DNA from: an uncultured virus (IMG/VR IMGVR_UViG_648861014_000005)
Taxonomy: Duplodnaviria > Heunggongvirae > Uroviricota > Caudoviricetes
DNA length: 64,000 bases
IMG/VR virus record: IMGVR_UViG_648861014_000005
Strand: one strand, 5' to 3'
A program made the translations under genes and the position numbers. The notes under the pieces were generated by a model. The model was not told the DNA's origin, did no database searches, and saw nothing but the letters and a program-made list of their open reading frames with translations. Below, one piece after another: positions 1 through 10,129 of the stretch; the first letter of the stretch is position 1, and each line of letters starts with the position of its first letter.

Positions 1-228
1 ATGGATCTGAAGTGGCGCGCAACATGGCCAGATAAGGCCAATGACGGGATAGCAACCTGTGACAAGGTACCGGGCCTTCAGGCGCGTGTTTATCTGGAGG
101 CAGGTGGTAAGCGTTGGTATTGGTTCGTCAACGACACCCACGCCCGCGCGCAAGGCATTGAAGACACCAAGGAAGCGGCCAAAGAGGCTGTCAGGCGAGA
201 GTTCAAGCGTATCGCGAGGGAGGGATAA
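1..228 (+). CDS. Small phage-associated hypothetical protein
   Basis: 75-aa ORF starting at base 1, converging on the S8 protease gene. Confidence 0.6.
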   Translation: MDLKWRATWPDKANDGIATCDKVPGLQARVYLEAGGKRWYWFVNDTHARAQGIEDTKEAAKEAVRREFKRIAREG

Positions 229-343
229 GGCTTCACTCGCCAATTGCGATAAGGTGCGATGCCCAGAAGGTCATCGCCGCCAAGCGACGCAATGTCCGGA
301 ATCGCAATGGAAACTTGAACTCCTTTTTGCGCATCTCAAGTTG

Positions 344-2560
344 TCAGGTGCGGATTGGTACTTCCAAAATTGGCCGCAGCGGCTCGATCTGTGTCGCATA
401 TTGACGTACGACCTGATCGTAGAGATCAGCTACACCCTTCGCTTGTACAGAGACCACCATCGCGTAGCTCAATTTTTCAGGAGGAGCATAATTGCGCCCT
501 TCAAGCCGAGCATTGTAGTGGATGTCGAAGCAGGGGTTGATCAAAGAACTGCCGCGTTTGCGTTTGACCGCATGAAGACAGTTTTCCCACTTCCAGGCAT
601 CGTGCCTCAATTCATCTTCCGTCGCACCCGGTAGAGACGAGCCAAAGAAGCTGTCGGAATTGGGATGGACCTGCTCGTCGCGCGAATATTTTGTGTCGTT
701 GGGGCGGAAAGTCACTTCCAATCCGGCTCGCGTATAGTTTCCGGGGTGATGCGGATCTGTTTGGGTCTTGTAACAGAGCGTGGCTGTAATAGAGACCATA
801 CCGCTCATTTGCGTTGACGGAACAGGAATTGCTGCACGGATATACTTGGCCGGGGATATTTCGCCCTGGTAAACGACCCGAACCGTGTCGTCATCACAAA
901 GGATGACGTCGTCCAAACTGCGCGCAACACGCCCCCAACCGATTTCTTTGTGATCTTGGCCACCTTCCTCACTTGTATGCACAAGGAGAGTACGGATGGC
1001 GAGATGGTTCAGGCTGCCTCCGAAGTGAGCGCGAATGCCGGCACCCAACCGCAACACACTTGGCGTGGCGAAGGATGTGCCACCCGTCGTTGTGAGCGAA
1101 GGTATCGCGTCGGGTGCGACAACGACGAAGGGGCGACTGAACTCGCCCCCGAAATCGACCAGATCCGGCTTCACAAGACCCGGGCTACGCCCCGGTCCCT
1201 TCGAACTGTAGAGTGCGCGTTGCCAATCCTCTCCAGGAGTATCGCAGGCACCAATTGCTAACGCGTTGACACAGTCGGACGGAACCTGAACGCGGTCCAA
1301 GCCGAGTATGGCGTCCCCTTCCCCATCGTTTCCAACTGCTATCATTGCCAGTGTGGATACTCTTGAAAGACGGTCGTCCAGCACGGCGGTCCAAGCGTGA
1401 ACATCATCATCCTCGATTGGGAGGCAAGGGCCGAGACTCAGATTGATGAAATCATACTCTTGGCTCGACAACACCCCTTCAATCCTCTCGAGGATTTCGT
1501 ACAGTTCGTGTGGGTTTTGTCCCGGCGCTTCGTCCAAGACCCGATAGTGATCAATATTTGCATAGGGGCGTGGCAAAGGTTCTTTGGTGTTGATGTGTCC
1601 AAACAACGCCGCAGATGTCACACCAACACCGTGCGACAGGTCATCTTCTGTCGCTGGGAGCATTCCGGGTAGCTCATAGGGTGTCGCCCATTGGGTCAAA
1701 GGATGGTTATCCGGTATACCACCATCAAAAATTGCGACCCGGACATCTTCTGACACGGGTCCTTCGGAGGGTAGCACCAGATCAGTTGTTGGGATCCCTG
1801 CCGAACGAATGGTCGGCCGTAGGATTCTTAAGCCGGGCATTTGCCTCAATGTTCTAACACCGGTAAAAAGCGCGATGTCATCTGCTCTCTCCACAGGCGC
1901 GTCGAGCTCGAGAAAGCAAAGACCTTTGGCGAAGAAACGTCGGCCGAGTTCTACTTCGATTTCTTGGACTTGAAGATATTCCTCAAAAGCTTCAAGCATA
2001 ACGCGCTCAAGCTCGTTGGCATGCAGTACAGTCTCCAGTGCCATTCGCCCTCGCTCGGGCAAAGACCCTTTGATTTTGGCGTGAGGAACTGGTGCTAAGA
2101 CCTCCTCAATAGAAATAAGTGCATTCGCGCTTCCTCTATTTGCGCGCCAATTTGGAAGTTGCTGGCTCCATGAGCGAATAGCAGACCTACGGCCTTTCGC
2201 GAATAGTTCAGTCGTTACGGCTTCTTCGGGCTCCCTGCCTCGCGATCGCTTAGCTGGGGTTGCCTTCTTTGGGCGGCTACCAATCACTTCGATACCCACA
2301 TCCCGCATGAGTTCATAGGGGAAAAAGGACTTTGCGATGTATTCTGGATTTAGCGTCAGTGAGATAACTGCCTCATCACCCGGGCAAGCCGCTTGAGGAA
2401 GATCATCAATGCGCGATGACGCCTCGGTGACCATTGGCGAAAGCCTGCTGCGAGCCTCGTTGAATGTGTAAGGGGGCTCCTTCGGAGCGCCTCCGCCTTT
2501 GACGACGATATTGTTAGTGAGGCGTTCACCCCGACCCAGAAGAAAATTCTGTTTGCTCAT
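344..2560 (-). CDS. ietS: S8 (subtilisin-like) serine protease, IetS/Y4bN-like
   Basis: Catalytic motifs VAIFDGG (D), SHGVGV (H), AVGNDG (oxyanion N), GGTSFATP (S); directly downstream of an AAA ATPase. Confidence 0.85.
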   Translation of the reverse strand: MSKQNFLLGRGERLTNNIVVKGGGAPKEPPYTFNEARSRLSPMVTEASSRIDDLPQAACPGDEAVISLTLNPEYIAKSFFPYELMRDVGIEVIGSRPKKATPAKRSRGREPEEAVTTELFAKGRRSAIRSWSQQLPNWRANRGSANALISIEEVLAPVPHAKIKGSLPERGRMALETVLHANELERVMLEAFEEYLQVQEIEVELGRRFFAKGLCFLELDAPVERADDIALFTGVRTLRQMPGLRILRPTIRSAGIPTTDLVLPSEGPVSEDVRVAIFDGGIPDNHPLTQWATPYELPGMLPATEDDLSHGVGVTSAALFGHINTKEPLPRPYANIDHYRVLDEAPGQNPHELYEILERIEGVLSSQEYDFINLSLGPCLPIEDDDVHAWTAVLDDRLSRVSTLAMIAVGNDGEGDAILGLDRVQVPSDCVNALAIGACDTPGEDWQRALYSSKGPGRSPGLVKPDLVDFGGEFSRPFVVVAPDAIPSLTTTGGTSFATPSVLRLGAGIRAHFGGSLNHLAIRTLLVHTSEEGGQDHKEIGWGRVARSLDDVILCDDDTVRVVYQGEISPAKYIRAAIPVPSTQMSGMVSITATLCYKTQTDPHHPGNYTRAGLEVTFRPNDTKYSRDEQVHPNSDSFFGSSLPGATEDELRHDAWKWENCLHAVKRKRGSSLINPCFDIHYNARLEGRNYAPPEKLSYAMVVSVQAKGVADLYDQVVRQYATQIEPLRPILEVPIRT

Positions 2561-2569
2561 CGCTATTGT

Positions 2570-3679
2570 TTAATCCTTTAAAACTTCATTGTTCTTCAAA
2601 TGTATGCGGATCGTATCGCGCGCGACCCCCGTGATTTCATGCGCTTTTCTTTGGGTCACCAGACCATTCCTGACTAGCCGGACCGCGATTTCAATGCGCT
2701 CCTGTTTCGAGTGATTGTCAGATGCGACGAGCTGGGAAAGGTAATGATCCAGCCCTTTGCCATTCAGTGCAGCGGAGCGGCGCGCAAGGGTGACTTCGCG
2801 TTCGATGTCGCTATAGGATCGCCCGATCAAAGAGACCGAAAGGATGTCGACCCAGGCGGACATATCCGGCGCGACCTCTTCAAGCAGCGCCCCCAAAAAC
2901 GCACGTATCCCGGCTTCCTCCGGCAGAGCGAAGTCGATAGGTTGTTCGAAGCGCCGCCATACTGCGGGATCAAGCAGATCTGAATGGTTGGTGGCTGCGA
3001 TGAGTAGGCCGGACGAAGGCCAATCATCCAGCTGCTGAAGTAAAACCGTGACCAGTCGCTTTAGCTCTCCGATCTCTCCGGCATCATCGCGGCGCTTTGC
3101 GATCGCGTCCAACTCATCGAGCAGAAGAACGCAATCAACGGATTTTGCGTAATCCAGCACATGCCTCAAATTGGATCCTGTGCGCCCGAGATAGCTGCTC
3201 ATCACAGCAGACAGATCGAGGATAATGAGCGGAACCCCGAGCTCGCGTGCAACCCAGCGTGCACCTAGAGTCTTTCCGACGCCGGGAGGGCCTGTGAATA
3301 AAACCGTTCTTGTCGGCTCTAATCCTGCCTCAAGCAATGCGCCGAGGTTTTGCCTCTCGTTCACAAGGCGGGACAACGTGCTTTGGACATGCTCCGTGTA
3401 GACTGGCTCCATTTGCAGTAACGGGGTGTCCTCAACCCTCAACAGCTGGAAGCGAGAATCAGTGTCGGTCGGCAAAGCCTTTTCCATACCCTTGCGCAAG
3501 GGCGATGCTCGCGTGGGGTTTTTGCGAAGTAGCTCTATCAAGGCACCTGAGAATTGCTTATTCAGACTGCGGCGCTTCGCTATTCGATGCAGATACGTCA
3601 GAACGTCTTGAGTGCGCCCTGACAGCGCCACCCTCGCAAGGTGGACGAAATCCTTTTCGATTTCATCATTATCTGCCAT
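2570..3679 (-). CDS. ietA: AAA+ ATPase, IetA-like
   Basis: Walker A GPPGVGKT, Walker B LLLDELD, AATNH and LDPAVWRRF motifs; 9 bp upstream of the S8 protease. Confidence 0.88.
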   Translation of the reverse strand: MADNDEIEKDFVHLARVALSGRTQDVLTYLHRIAKRRSLNKQFSGALIELLRKNPTRASPLRKGMEKALPTDTDSRFQLLRVEDTPLLQMEPVYTEHVQSTLSRLVNERQNLGALLEAGLEPTRTVLFTGPPGVGKTLGARWVARELGVPLIILDLSAVMSSYLGRTGSNLRHVLDYAKSVDCVLLLDELDAIAKRRDDAGEIGELKRLVTVLLQQLDDWPSSGLLIAATNHSDLLDPAVWRRFEQPIDFALPEEAGIRAFLGALLEEVAPDMSAWVDILSVSLIGRSYSDIEREVTLARRSAALNGKGLDHYLSQLVASDNHSKQERIEIAVRLVRNGLVTQRKAHEITGVARDTIRIHLKNNEVLKD

Positions 3680-4145
3680 TCTTTTATCCCAATTATTTAT
3701 TTGTCTTAGCTGGTCACTAACATAACTGGGAGGAAATTATTTTACAAACCCTTTATTCTTCCACTTTAGAAATTTCATTCATTGATACGCTAACTCCTTA
3801 GCGTTGATCAGGCACTCAGCCGCGATCCGGAGCCACTTGGGGGCGCACCAAACGGTATCGATCCTTTGTGAATGTCCCGTATGAGATGACGGACGAGACC
3901 GTTATCTCCTGATCCTGCTATCAACCTTTACAGGCCAACACCGATCACTCCCGCGCGCGGGTGTCCAAACAGCAGCGCCAAACAGAGAAAGGCGTCTGGC
4001 AACGGTCAATCAACTAGACGCCCCTCTCAGGTTGACCACCCTAAGAGCGACTTCGCGTGTCCCTTCGGACCAGTGGTAGCAGTTACATCACAGGTAAACT
4101 GCGGCGACGTTTGAATTGTATCGGATTGTAAGGTTTGCATTTGGC

Positions 4146-5183
4146 TCACCCAGTCTTCGGCCCCATAACCCGCGTTGGCAGGTTGGAAACGGGCTCATCC
4201 CCACGGAAGTGCCCTTTGACCAGTACGACCTTCCCGTTGCGGTAATGACGCTCATGTTCACTCACCCAATGGCGAACTGGACCAGCCCGCTCTTCCCTCG
4301 ATTGTCGCTCGAACTCTATGCGAGCCTGCTTCTCTATCATATGGGAGATGGCTTGAGGGCCGATCCGGATCGTTAGATGGGACTTCTGCGCGCTGGTAAC
4401 CCAGGACTTCCCGAACTTACGGGCCACCTTAGCTTCCTTCGCTGAAAGTGTTTCCGTCGGCGTTGGGATAATTCCTCCCAAGTCAGGAGAAACCAGCATC
4501 GCAAAGAGCGCAAATGGGATAAAAAGGTCTTGCTTCGTGCGGCTATCGAAATACCCCAGATTCGCATGAATGCGTTCCTCTGGGTATTGGAGCCGCTTAT
4601 AGTAATCAAGTAAATGAAGGACCCGGTCTAACAGGTAGTCGTCGAAATTCGGCTGCCCGTCTGCAGCACGGATAACCCGAAGTCGGCATGTGGGATCCAT
4701 AAGCTTGGAACCGCTTTCACGAGCGAACATGATGATGCTTAAATGATCTGCATCGCGATCATCGATCAAATAACCGCATAGACCCGAACCCAGTGGTTTT
4801 TCATAGCCTGCATTTTGGGGCGAATCTCGATCAACGCGTGATGAAGCCAACGCCCCATAATCAAACTCAACCCAAGCAACCTTGGCAGGAAGCTCAATCG
4901 CTCCCAGTTTTACAACCGAAGGGACATCTGTGTCCTTCACTTGCAATAAAAAGTCATCATGGAGTGTATCTGCGTAAGAAGCCGCCAAATGATCCAGTAG
5001 ATAAACTTTGGCCTGCTGCAGTGCCTCAAGTGTATTTTCTCGAAACAGTCGAAGCTCGTCGGTTCGGGAAAAATGCCATATCGGATCGTCCTTCGGTGAA
5101 GACCTACCTGCCAGCGAAGAGCCATAAGTGGATATCAAATCCTTGTATAACATCCTTGGTGTTCCAAATATCTCGAAGAACAA
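4146..5183 (-). CDS. Hypothetical moron protein with His/Arg-rich C-terminal motif
   Basis: 345-aa ORF ending RHWVSEHERHYRNGKVVLVKGHFRG; start codon uncertain. Confidence 0.7.
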   Translation of the reverse strand: MFFEIFGTPRMLYKDLISTYGSSLAGRSSPKDDPIWHFSRTDELRLFRENTLEALQQAKVYLLDHLAASYADTLHDDFLLQVKDTDVPSVVKLGAIELPAKVAWVEFDYGALASSRVDRDSPQNAGYEKPLGSGLCGYLIDDRDADHLSIIMFARESGSKLMDPTCRLRVIRAADGQPNFDDYLLDRVLHLLDYYKRLQYPEERIHANLGYFDSRTKQDLFIPFALFAMLVSPDLGGIIPTPTETLSAKEAKVARKFGKSWVTSAQKSHLTIRIGPQAISHMIEKQARIEFERQSREERAGPVRHWVSEHERHYRNGKVVLVKGHFRGDEPVSNLPTRVMGPKTG

Positions 5184-5277
5184 TTTAAGACATAACTATC
5201 TCCAGTTCTAAACTTGATGGATTTCGCCTGTCGAGCGTTTCAATAGAACCAATCGAATTTGTTGGCTCCCGAATTCA

Positions 5278-5547
5278 CTACAACTGCCTGAACCTTTGAT
5301 AGTGGAACAGGATCACGCCCGCGAAGAGCACGCCGAGCCCAGCCTTGAGCAGCAACGCTATATTCGGCACACCCATCAGCCCCAATTCACCAAGCCCATC
5401 TGCGGACAATGCCAGAACCAATAGGCCAATACCAATCCGCATGATGGCGGGAACCAGCCCGAGACGGGTGTCGCTGGTCTGGTGAATAATCCACCATCCG
5501 GCAAGTGCGGTTGCCCAGGTAACAAATTGATCGATCCAGAACACCAT
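5278..5547 (-). CDS. Small three-TM membrane protein (holin-like)
   Basis: Three hydrophobic segments; coupled to the upstream lysis-cassette gene. Confidence 0.6.
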   Translation of the reverse strand: MVFWIDQFVTWATALAGWWIIHQTSDTRLGLVPAIMRIGIGLLVLALSADGLGELGLMGVPNIALLLKAGLGVLFAGVILFHYQRFRQL

Positions 5548-5864
5548 TACTTCTTGCCCCCGACCAATTTGTTTTGAAGTAGCAGGACAGCGGTTTCACC
5601 GGCATAGCCGCACAGGAACCCTGCCGCCAACCAGGCATAGACCTCCTGTTCAACGAAACCTGTCAGAAAGTGTGCGATTATAGGGCCAAGAAAGATGGCA
5701 GCGGCCCCACCGGCAACGCCTTGGGCAAGTCGCCTGCGCCAGTGCCGCTCAGGAGCAACAACGGCCTTGACCACCGCCCCGGTGATCCCGGACAGGGCGA
5801 GAAGCTGGATATTGGACCCAATACCGCTCCAAAGGTCTGCAATTGATCCATCCATCATCGGCAC
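5547..5864 (-). CDS. Phage membrane protein (holin-like)
   Basis: Hydrophobic segments; position in lysis cassette. Confidence 0.6.
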   Translation of the reverse strand: MPMMDGSIADLWSGIGSNIQLLALSGITGAVVKAVVAPERHWRRRLAQGVAGGAAAIFLGPIIAHFLTGFVEQEVYAWLAAGFLCGYAGETAVLLLQNKLVGGKK

Positions 5865-6058
5865 CCCTGCTCTTTCTCAAGCTCCAGAACAGTATCGAGT
5901 GAGCGAGCCAGTCGCTCTGACACAACATCGGCGTCGTGTGCTTCCCACTTGATCTCGGACAAGGCGGCACAGAGGCCGCTATTTGGGCCGATTGGTGCGC
6001 TGACGCAGCCGGTTGCGAATATCGCCAAGAGCGCGGCGATCAGATGTTTGACGTGCAC
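5855..6058 (-). CDS. Putative o-spanin (Rz1-like lipoprotein)
   Basis: Signal peptide with lipobox FATG-C; overlaps the 3' end of the upstream ORF. Confidence 0.6.
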   Translation of the reverse strand: MHVKHLIAALLAIFATGCVSAPIGPNSGLCAALSEIKWEAHDADVVSERLARSLDTVLELEKEQGCR

Positions 6059-6197
6059 GGGAAATAGCCTTTCGGGACTTCAGCTGAGCCTTCAAAACAG
6101 TGTTCTGTCGGATAAGCCGGTCCTGTTTCCAGTCTAAGACAAGCCCGCGAACAAGGTCCGCGAGCAGCTTTGTCACAAAAGAGACGAGAAGGTTCAT
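5979..6197 (-). CDS. Putative i-spanin (Rz-like)
   Basis: N-terminal hydrophobic helix then basic helical segment; overlapped by the lipoprotein gene. Confidence 0.5.
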   Translation of the reverse strand: MNLLVSFVTKLLADLVRGLVLDWKQDRLIRQNTVLKAQLKSRKAISRARQTSDRRALGDIRNRLRQRTNRPK

Positions 6198-6688
6198 GAG
6201 GAGTGGCTCGTCACAAAGCCGATCCGGCCATCCCGGTTGAGGTCCATACCAAGCCGCGCCTCAAGGCGGTCAATCACGCCCTGCCGGTTTATCCCGAAAT
6301 AGTCCAAGGTTTCGGGCATGGCCTTGAGAACATAGTCAGCTGCCATGGCAAGGGTTTCGTTTTTGACATCGACCTCAAGGGAACCCGAGAGACGGTCTCC
6401 CATTTGGTTTCCGAGCCGTTCCCCAATTCGCTCTCTGGCGTAAGCGATACCGTTGAAGAGCGCGTCATCAAGCCTGGCTCGCATCTGTTCATTGAGCTGG
6501 ATGCCCGTCTTGGCCTCAAAGGTGTTCACGGCCTTGCGGCCAAACCAGACAACAACACCTGCCAGAACCGTCATCACCGTCTCAAAGACAGGAACCGCAA
6601 AGGGGGAAAGATCAACTGTGGTCCCGGCAAAGGCCGAGACGGGACACAGAACGAGCGCTATCAGCGCCGCGAATGCGAAGCGGATCAT
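6194..6688 (-). CDS. Phage membrane protein, putative holin
   Basis: Signal-like N-terminus plus TM segment, directly downstream of the endolysin. Confidence 0.6.
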   Translation of the reverse strand: MIRFAFAALIALVLCPVSAFAGTTVDLSPFAVPVFETVMTVLAGVVVWFGRKAVNTFEAKTGIQLNEQMRARLDDALFNGIAYARERIGERLGNQMGDRLSGSLEVDVKNETLAMAADYVLKAMPETLDYFGINRQGVIDRLEARLGMDLNRDGRIGFVTSHSS

Positions 6689-6758
6689 TTCAAAATACTC
6701 CGATTTTTTGAGGTAGTGAGGGTTTGCTGAATGTTCAGCGAATCAAGCGGCTATTGGT

Positions 6759-7535
6759 TCAAGCCGTCTTGAGAAGTTTGACGATCATTTCTGCGTGGTA
6801 GAGCGCGGTTGCCGTATCAGGCTTTTCGTCATTGTCAGGCATGGCAAGGAATGGCGGCTTGCCTTGCAGGGCCAGTTTCATTTCCTCGAGGACCTGCGGA
6901 CCGACAATGCCATCCACCTGAATGCCACGTTCTTTCTGGAACCACATGGTCACCAGCTCTAGCGTGTGATCAAACGGGCCTGTTGCCGGCACAGGATACG
7001 GATGGCCGATCTTGTCACGGTAAGCACCCAGATCCTCACGCCATCGATGAACATCCGGCCCCGCATCCCCTCGCCTCAACAGCCCGTCCGGGTTTTTGGA
7101 AACCACGATGCTGCGCCCTTCCGGGAAAAGGTGGTCATACTCGGCGGAGGCGTTGAAACACGGACAGGCTTTAGCCGCATATTCATTGTGACCAGACACT
7201 TTTTGAATGTTGAACCGGTCCCGCAAATTGGTCAGCTCGGCAATCAATCCCTCTTTCTGGGAAAGGGTGCGGGTGTCCTTCGCAGTCTTGCCATCCTTGG
7301 AAAGCCCGCCGACATAGACCACGCCAATGGTACGGAGATTGTGGCCCGCGCAATGCGCGCCCACACTTGCCAAATCCCTGCCCTGCCAACTGTCGCCATT
7401 CAGATCGATCACGCGGTGATAGCCAATACCGGACCAGCCACGGGCGCGGTGCCATGTGTCGATTTCCTTGACCGACACAGCCCGCCCTTCAGGCGTTGCC
7501 GTACAATGGACAATGATTTCTGTGAGTGGGCGCAT
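6759..7535 (-). CDS. Endolysin: N-acetylmuramoyl-L-alanine amidase with C-terminal peptidoglycan-binding domain
   Basis: IIVHCTAT, IGYH, GAHC, GHNEYAAKACPCF (T7-lysozyme-type Zn amidase); FQKERGIQVDGIVGP PG-binding motif. Confidence 0.93.
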   Translation of the reverse strand: MRPLTEIIVHCTATPEGRAVSVKEIDTWHRARGWSGIGYHRVIDLNGDSWQGRDLASVGAHCAGHNLRTIGVVYVGGLSKDGKTAKDTRTLSQKEGLIAELTNLRDRFNIQKVSGHNEYAAKACPCFNASAEYDHLFPEGRSIVVSKNPDGLLRRGDAGPDVHRWREDLGAYRDKIGHPYPVPATGPFDHTLELVTMWFQKERGIQVDGIVGPQVLEEMKLALQGKPPFLAMPDNDEKPDTATALYHAEMIVKLLKTA

Positions 7536-7565
7536 GATTGGCTTCCTTGTTCAGGGCAAAACACG

Positions 7566-7588
7566 AAAAGGCCCACGTGCGTGAGCCT
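7566..7588 (-). terminator. Intrinsic terminator upstream of the endolysin gene
   Basis: Minus strand AGGCTCACGCACGTGGGCCT hairpin followed by a T run. Confidence 0.5.
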
Positions 7589-7627
7589 GATGACAGTTGG
7601 ATTTTTGAAAAAGGGGATCAGCCGGCG

Positions 7628-7987
7628 CTATTTGCCGAACGCCGTCCAAAGGAGGGTTGAGAAGAAGAGCACCCAGCCCCATCGCCTGGAGCATCCTCTA
7701 GCAACAGCAGCTCTTCTAAACTCCGCCGATGAAACAGACGGATCATGTCCGCGTATCAAGAGTTCATCATGAATGGCAGCGGCTGGAAGAACCGCACGAT
7801 CATGGGGATCAAGCACCCATTCCAGGCACCATGGCACCGAAATATCAAACTCGGTACCTGGCGGCAGAATGAGCGTCCAGTTGGAGCCCTTCTTGCTGAC
7901 ATCCCATAGCAGCGGCGCAGTCAGCCGGTAGCGTTTCCGGGTGCCTGGAACCCGCTCAAATCCGTCAAACCGGGCTATTCCAGTCAT
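7628..7987 (-). CDS. DUF1353-like phage protein
   Basis: GTEFDISVP...AAAIHDELL motif. Confidence 0.75.
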   Translation of the reverse strand: MTGIARFDGFERVPGTRKRYRLTAPLLWDVSKKGSNWTLILPPGTEFDISVPWCLEWVLDPHDRAVLPAAAIHDELLIRGHDPSVSSAEFRRAAVARGCSRRWGWVLFFSTLLWTAFGK

Positions 7988-7989
7988 TT

Positions 7990-8544
7990 TTAAAACTGAG
8001 CAGCCAGTTCAGCGGTCGCCTCAGGAACCTTCGGCCACTTTTCGTCATTGGCAAAGTCCGGATCGACGGCTTCTACAAGAGCCTTGCCAGTTTGGCGAAC
8101 TTGAGCGATCCACATCAAACCAGCACGATAGGCCGCCATTTGCTCTTCAGACAAAATACCGCCGCCAGCTGCAGCTGACAGGTTCATCTGTGTTGACTGA
8201 CTGGCATGTTCCAAAATCCGCCGTCCGACTTCAGCCCGGATACCGGCAATCAATGCGGCCTGTTGTTCAGCCTCGGTAGGCGCTGTCAGCTTCTCATAGA
8301 CGTTCCGTCGCTCACCATCAAACTCATCGGGGTTGCCGGACGACTTCATGTCAGCAACGGCTGCTGCCCGAACTTCCGTGTCCTCTTGCCAATTGACTTC
8401 CTTGAGCCCCTTTGTGCCTTTCGGCATTTTGGAACCCACAAGCAATGCAAGGTACTTTTGCCCCAGATACACAACGGCAAGCACACTATTGGTCATCGGC
8501 GGCTCTACGATGGTCGCCCCTTCCGAGATTTCAAAGAGTTTCAT
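7990..8544 (-). CDS. Tail fibre assembly/chaperone-like protein
   Basis: Follows the fibre gene; C-terminal WIAQVR...DEKWP pattern. Confidence 0.55.
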   Translation of the reverse strand: MKLFEISEGATIVEPPMTNSVLAVVYLGQKYLALLVGSKMPKGTKGLKEVNWQEDTEVRAAAVADMKSSGNPDEFDGERRNVYEKLTAPTEAEQQAALIAGIRAEVGRRILEHASQSTQMNLSAAAGGGILSEEQMAAYRAGLMWIAQVRQTGKALVEAVDPDFANDEKWPKVPEATAELAAQF

Positions 8545-8556
8545 CTAAAGGCTCCC

Positions 8557-10128
8557 TTATTGAAACTGAACCAGGTACGGAACGCAGCTTGGTTCATGAT
8601 CATCATCCGGGATCTGGGCATGCCCGCCATATCCAGTCTGATAGTAGAGACCGTTATCGGTCAGGATGCCCATACCGGTTTCATTCACGTAGCCGACCGC
8701 GCAGAGCGCAACGGGCTTGTGTTTCATGATGTGTACGGGCGTGAAGGAGGATCGGTGCGATGTATGCCCCACGCCGAGCTGGCCGTTGCCGTTGTAGCCG
8801 GTTGTCAGCAACGTCCCGTCGTTATGCAAAACAGCCAAGGAGGCGTAATTATAGCCCCCATATCCGAGGACTTGCTTGATGCCGCCATTTCCCTCAATTC
8901 CAGGGTTTTGAGGGCTGTTTGTATTGGAGGTGTTTCCGAGCCCAAGTTGGCCGTAGTTGTTGTAGCCGAAGGTCCGGATTGTCCCATCGGCCTTCACCAC
9001 CGCACTTGAGCCGTAAGCTCCGCCCCAAGCGAGCAACTGCTCATTATCGGTTCCAAGCGCGGCGATGTGTTGCGGGCTATGGACCGTAGACGTGTTGCCG
9101 GTCCCGAGCTGCCCATAACCGTTGTAGCCCCAACTGTAGACGCGGCCATCCTCCAATCGAGCAAGAGTGTGGCCGTAGGGTTGATCGCCGGTCGAATGAT
9201 TATCGTCCATACAACCAACAATCTCGACGCATTTGTCAGGAAGAGTAACTTGCTCCGGAGCGCTTCGGTTATTCGAGTTGCCCAGACCCAGCGGGCCTTG
9301 GCTGTTATATCCCCACGCAAACAATCCGCCATTTTCATCAATTGCGAATGTCCGACCGTAGTTACTGCCAACGCAAACCACCTGAGACCAATCGTCTTTT
9401 GCCAAGGCTGTTGGTGTGCTGACCGATGTCGTGTTGCCGAGCCCGAGCTGACCGTAAGCATTGTAGCCGCTCGCAAACAGTCGCCCGTCATCGGCAAGGA
9501 ACATCACATGTATGGAACCGGTATACCGACTCTGACCAACGGATATGTCGATGATGTTGACGCCATCAAGAGCTGTTACCCTTGTTGGAACATGAACGTT
9601 ACTGGTGTTCCCGACACCGAGGCAACCGTAACCATTCTGCCCCCAAACATAGACTGAGCCGTCTGACATCAGGCACAGGTTTTCTCTCCCAGAAGTCACC
9701 CATTTTGCCACGGTCGCATCAGTCTTGGGAAAGGCAGGAGTGATCGGCGTTGACCGATGGTGGTGCCAAGTGCCTTGCCCCAATTGGCCGGAGCCACTAT
9801 CTCCCCAAAGGCGCAGCGTTCCGTCTTCCATGATGACCCCGCCAGAACGATATCGGCCATACATCGCTTTGCCATCAGTCAACTTCGCGACCCGGTTTCC
9901 AGCTGCATTCAAGCTGGACTGGCGTTCTGCTGCGGACAGCCCGCGATTGTACAAGTGCCATGTGGTGGTGTTGGCCCATTCCACGGGCGCAATGCCAGTC
10001 ACAGCCTCCAACGCCACGCAGATATACGTGGACCCGTCAAGGCTGACGATATCATCCGCCTCGTACTCGGTTGCAGTGTCGTATTCACCGCGCCATGTGA
10101 ATTTAATCTTGTTCAAGTCAAGCTTCAT
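8557..10128 (-). CDS. RCC1-repeat beta-propeller protein, putative receptor-binding/tail fibre protein
   Basis: About seven (W/S/T)GYNxYGQLGxG repeats; N-terminal WRGEYD...YEADDIVSLDGSTYIC module. Confidence 0.85.
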   Translation of the reverse strand: MKLDLNKIKFTWRGEYDTATEYEADDIVSLDGSTYICVALEAVTGIAPVEWANTTTWHLYNRGLSAAERQSSLNAAGNRVAKLTDGKAMYGRYRSGGVIMEDGTLRLWGDSGSGQLGQGTWHHHRSTPITPAFPKTDATVAKWVTSGRENLCLMSDGSVYVWGQNGYGCLGVGNTSNVHVPTRVTALDGVNIIDISVGQSRYTGSIHVMFLADDGRLFASGYNAYGQLGLGNTTSVSTPTALAKDDWSQVVCVGSNYGRTFAIDENGGLFAWGYNSQGPLGLGNSNNRSAPEQVTLPDKCVEIVGCMDDNHSTGDQPYGHTLARLEDGRVYSWGYNGYGQLGTGNTSTVHSPQHIAALGTDNEQLLAWGGAYGSSAVVKADGTIRTFGYNNYGQLGLGNTSNTNSPQNPGIEGNGGIKQVLGYGGYNYASLAVLHNDGTLLTTGYNGNGQLGVGHTSHRSSFTPVHIMKHKPVALCAVGYVNETGMGILTDNGLYYQTGYGGHAQIPDDDHEPSCVPYLVQFQ

Positions 10129-10129
10129 C

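Noticed and set aside
3883..3908. Isolated hairpin GAGATGACGG-N6-CCGTTATCTC
   Set aside because: Single stem with no U-tract or second copy; no function can be supported
1..5270. attL duplicate of the tRNA-Arg 3' end
   Set aside because: No match seen by eye, so the left boundary of the prophage cannot be called
8557..10128. Possible diversity-generating retroelement target (Asn/Tyr-rich repeats in a fibre gene)
   Set aside because: No reverse transcriptase and no TR/VR near-duplicate seen in the window; the repeats are ordinary RCC1 blades
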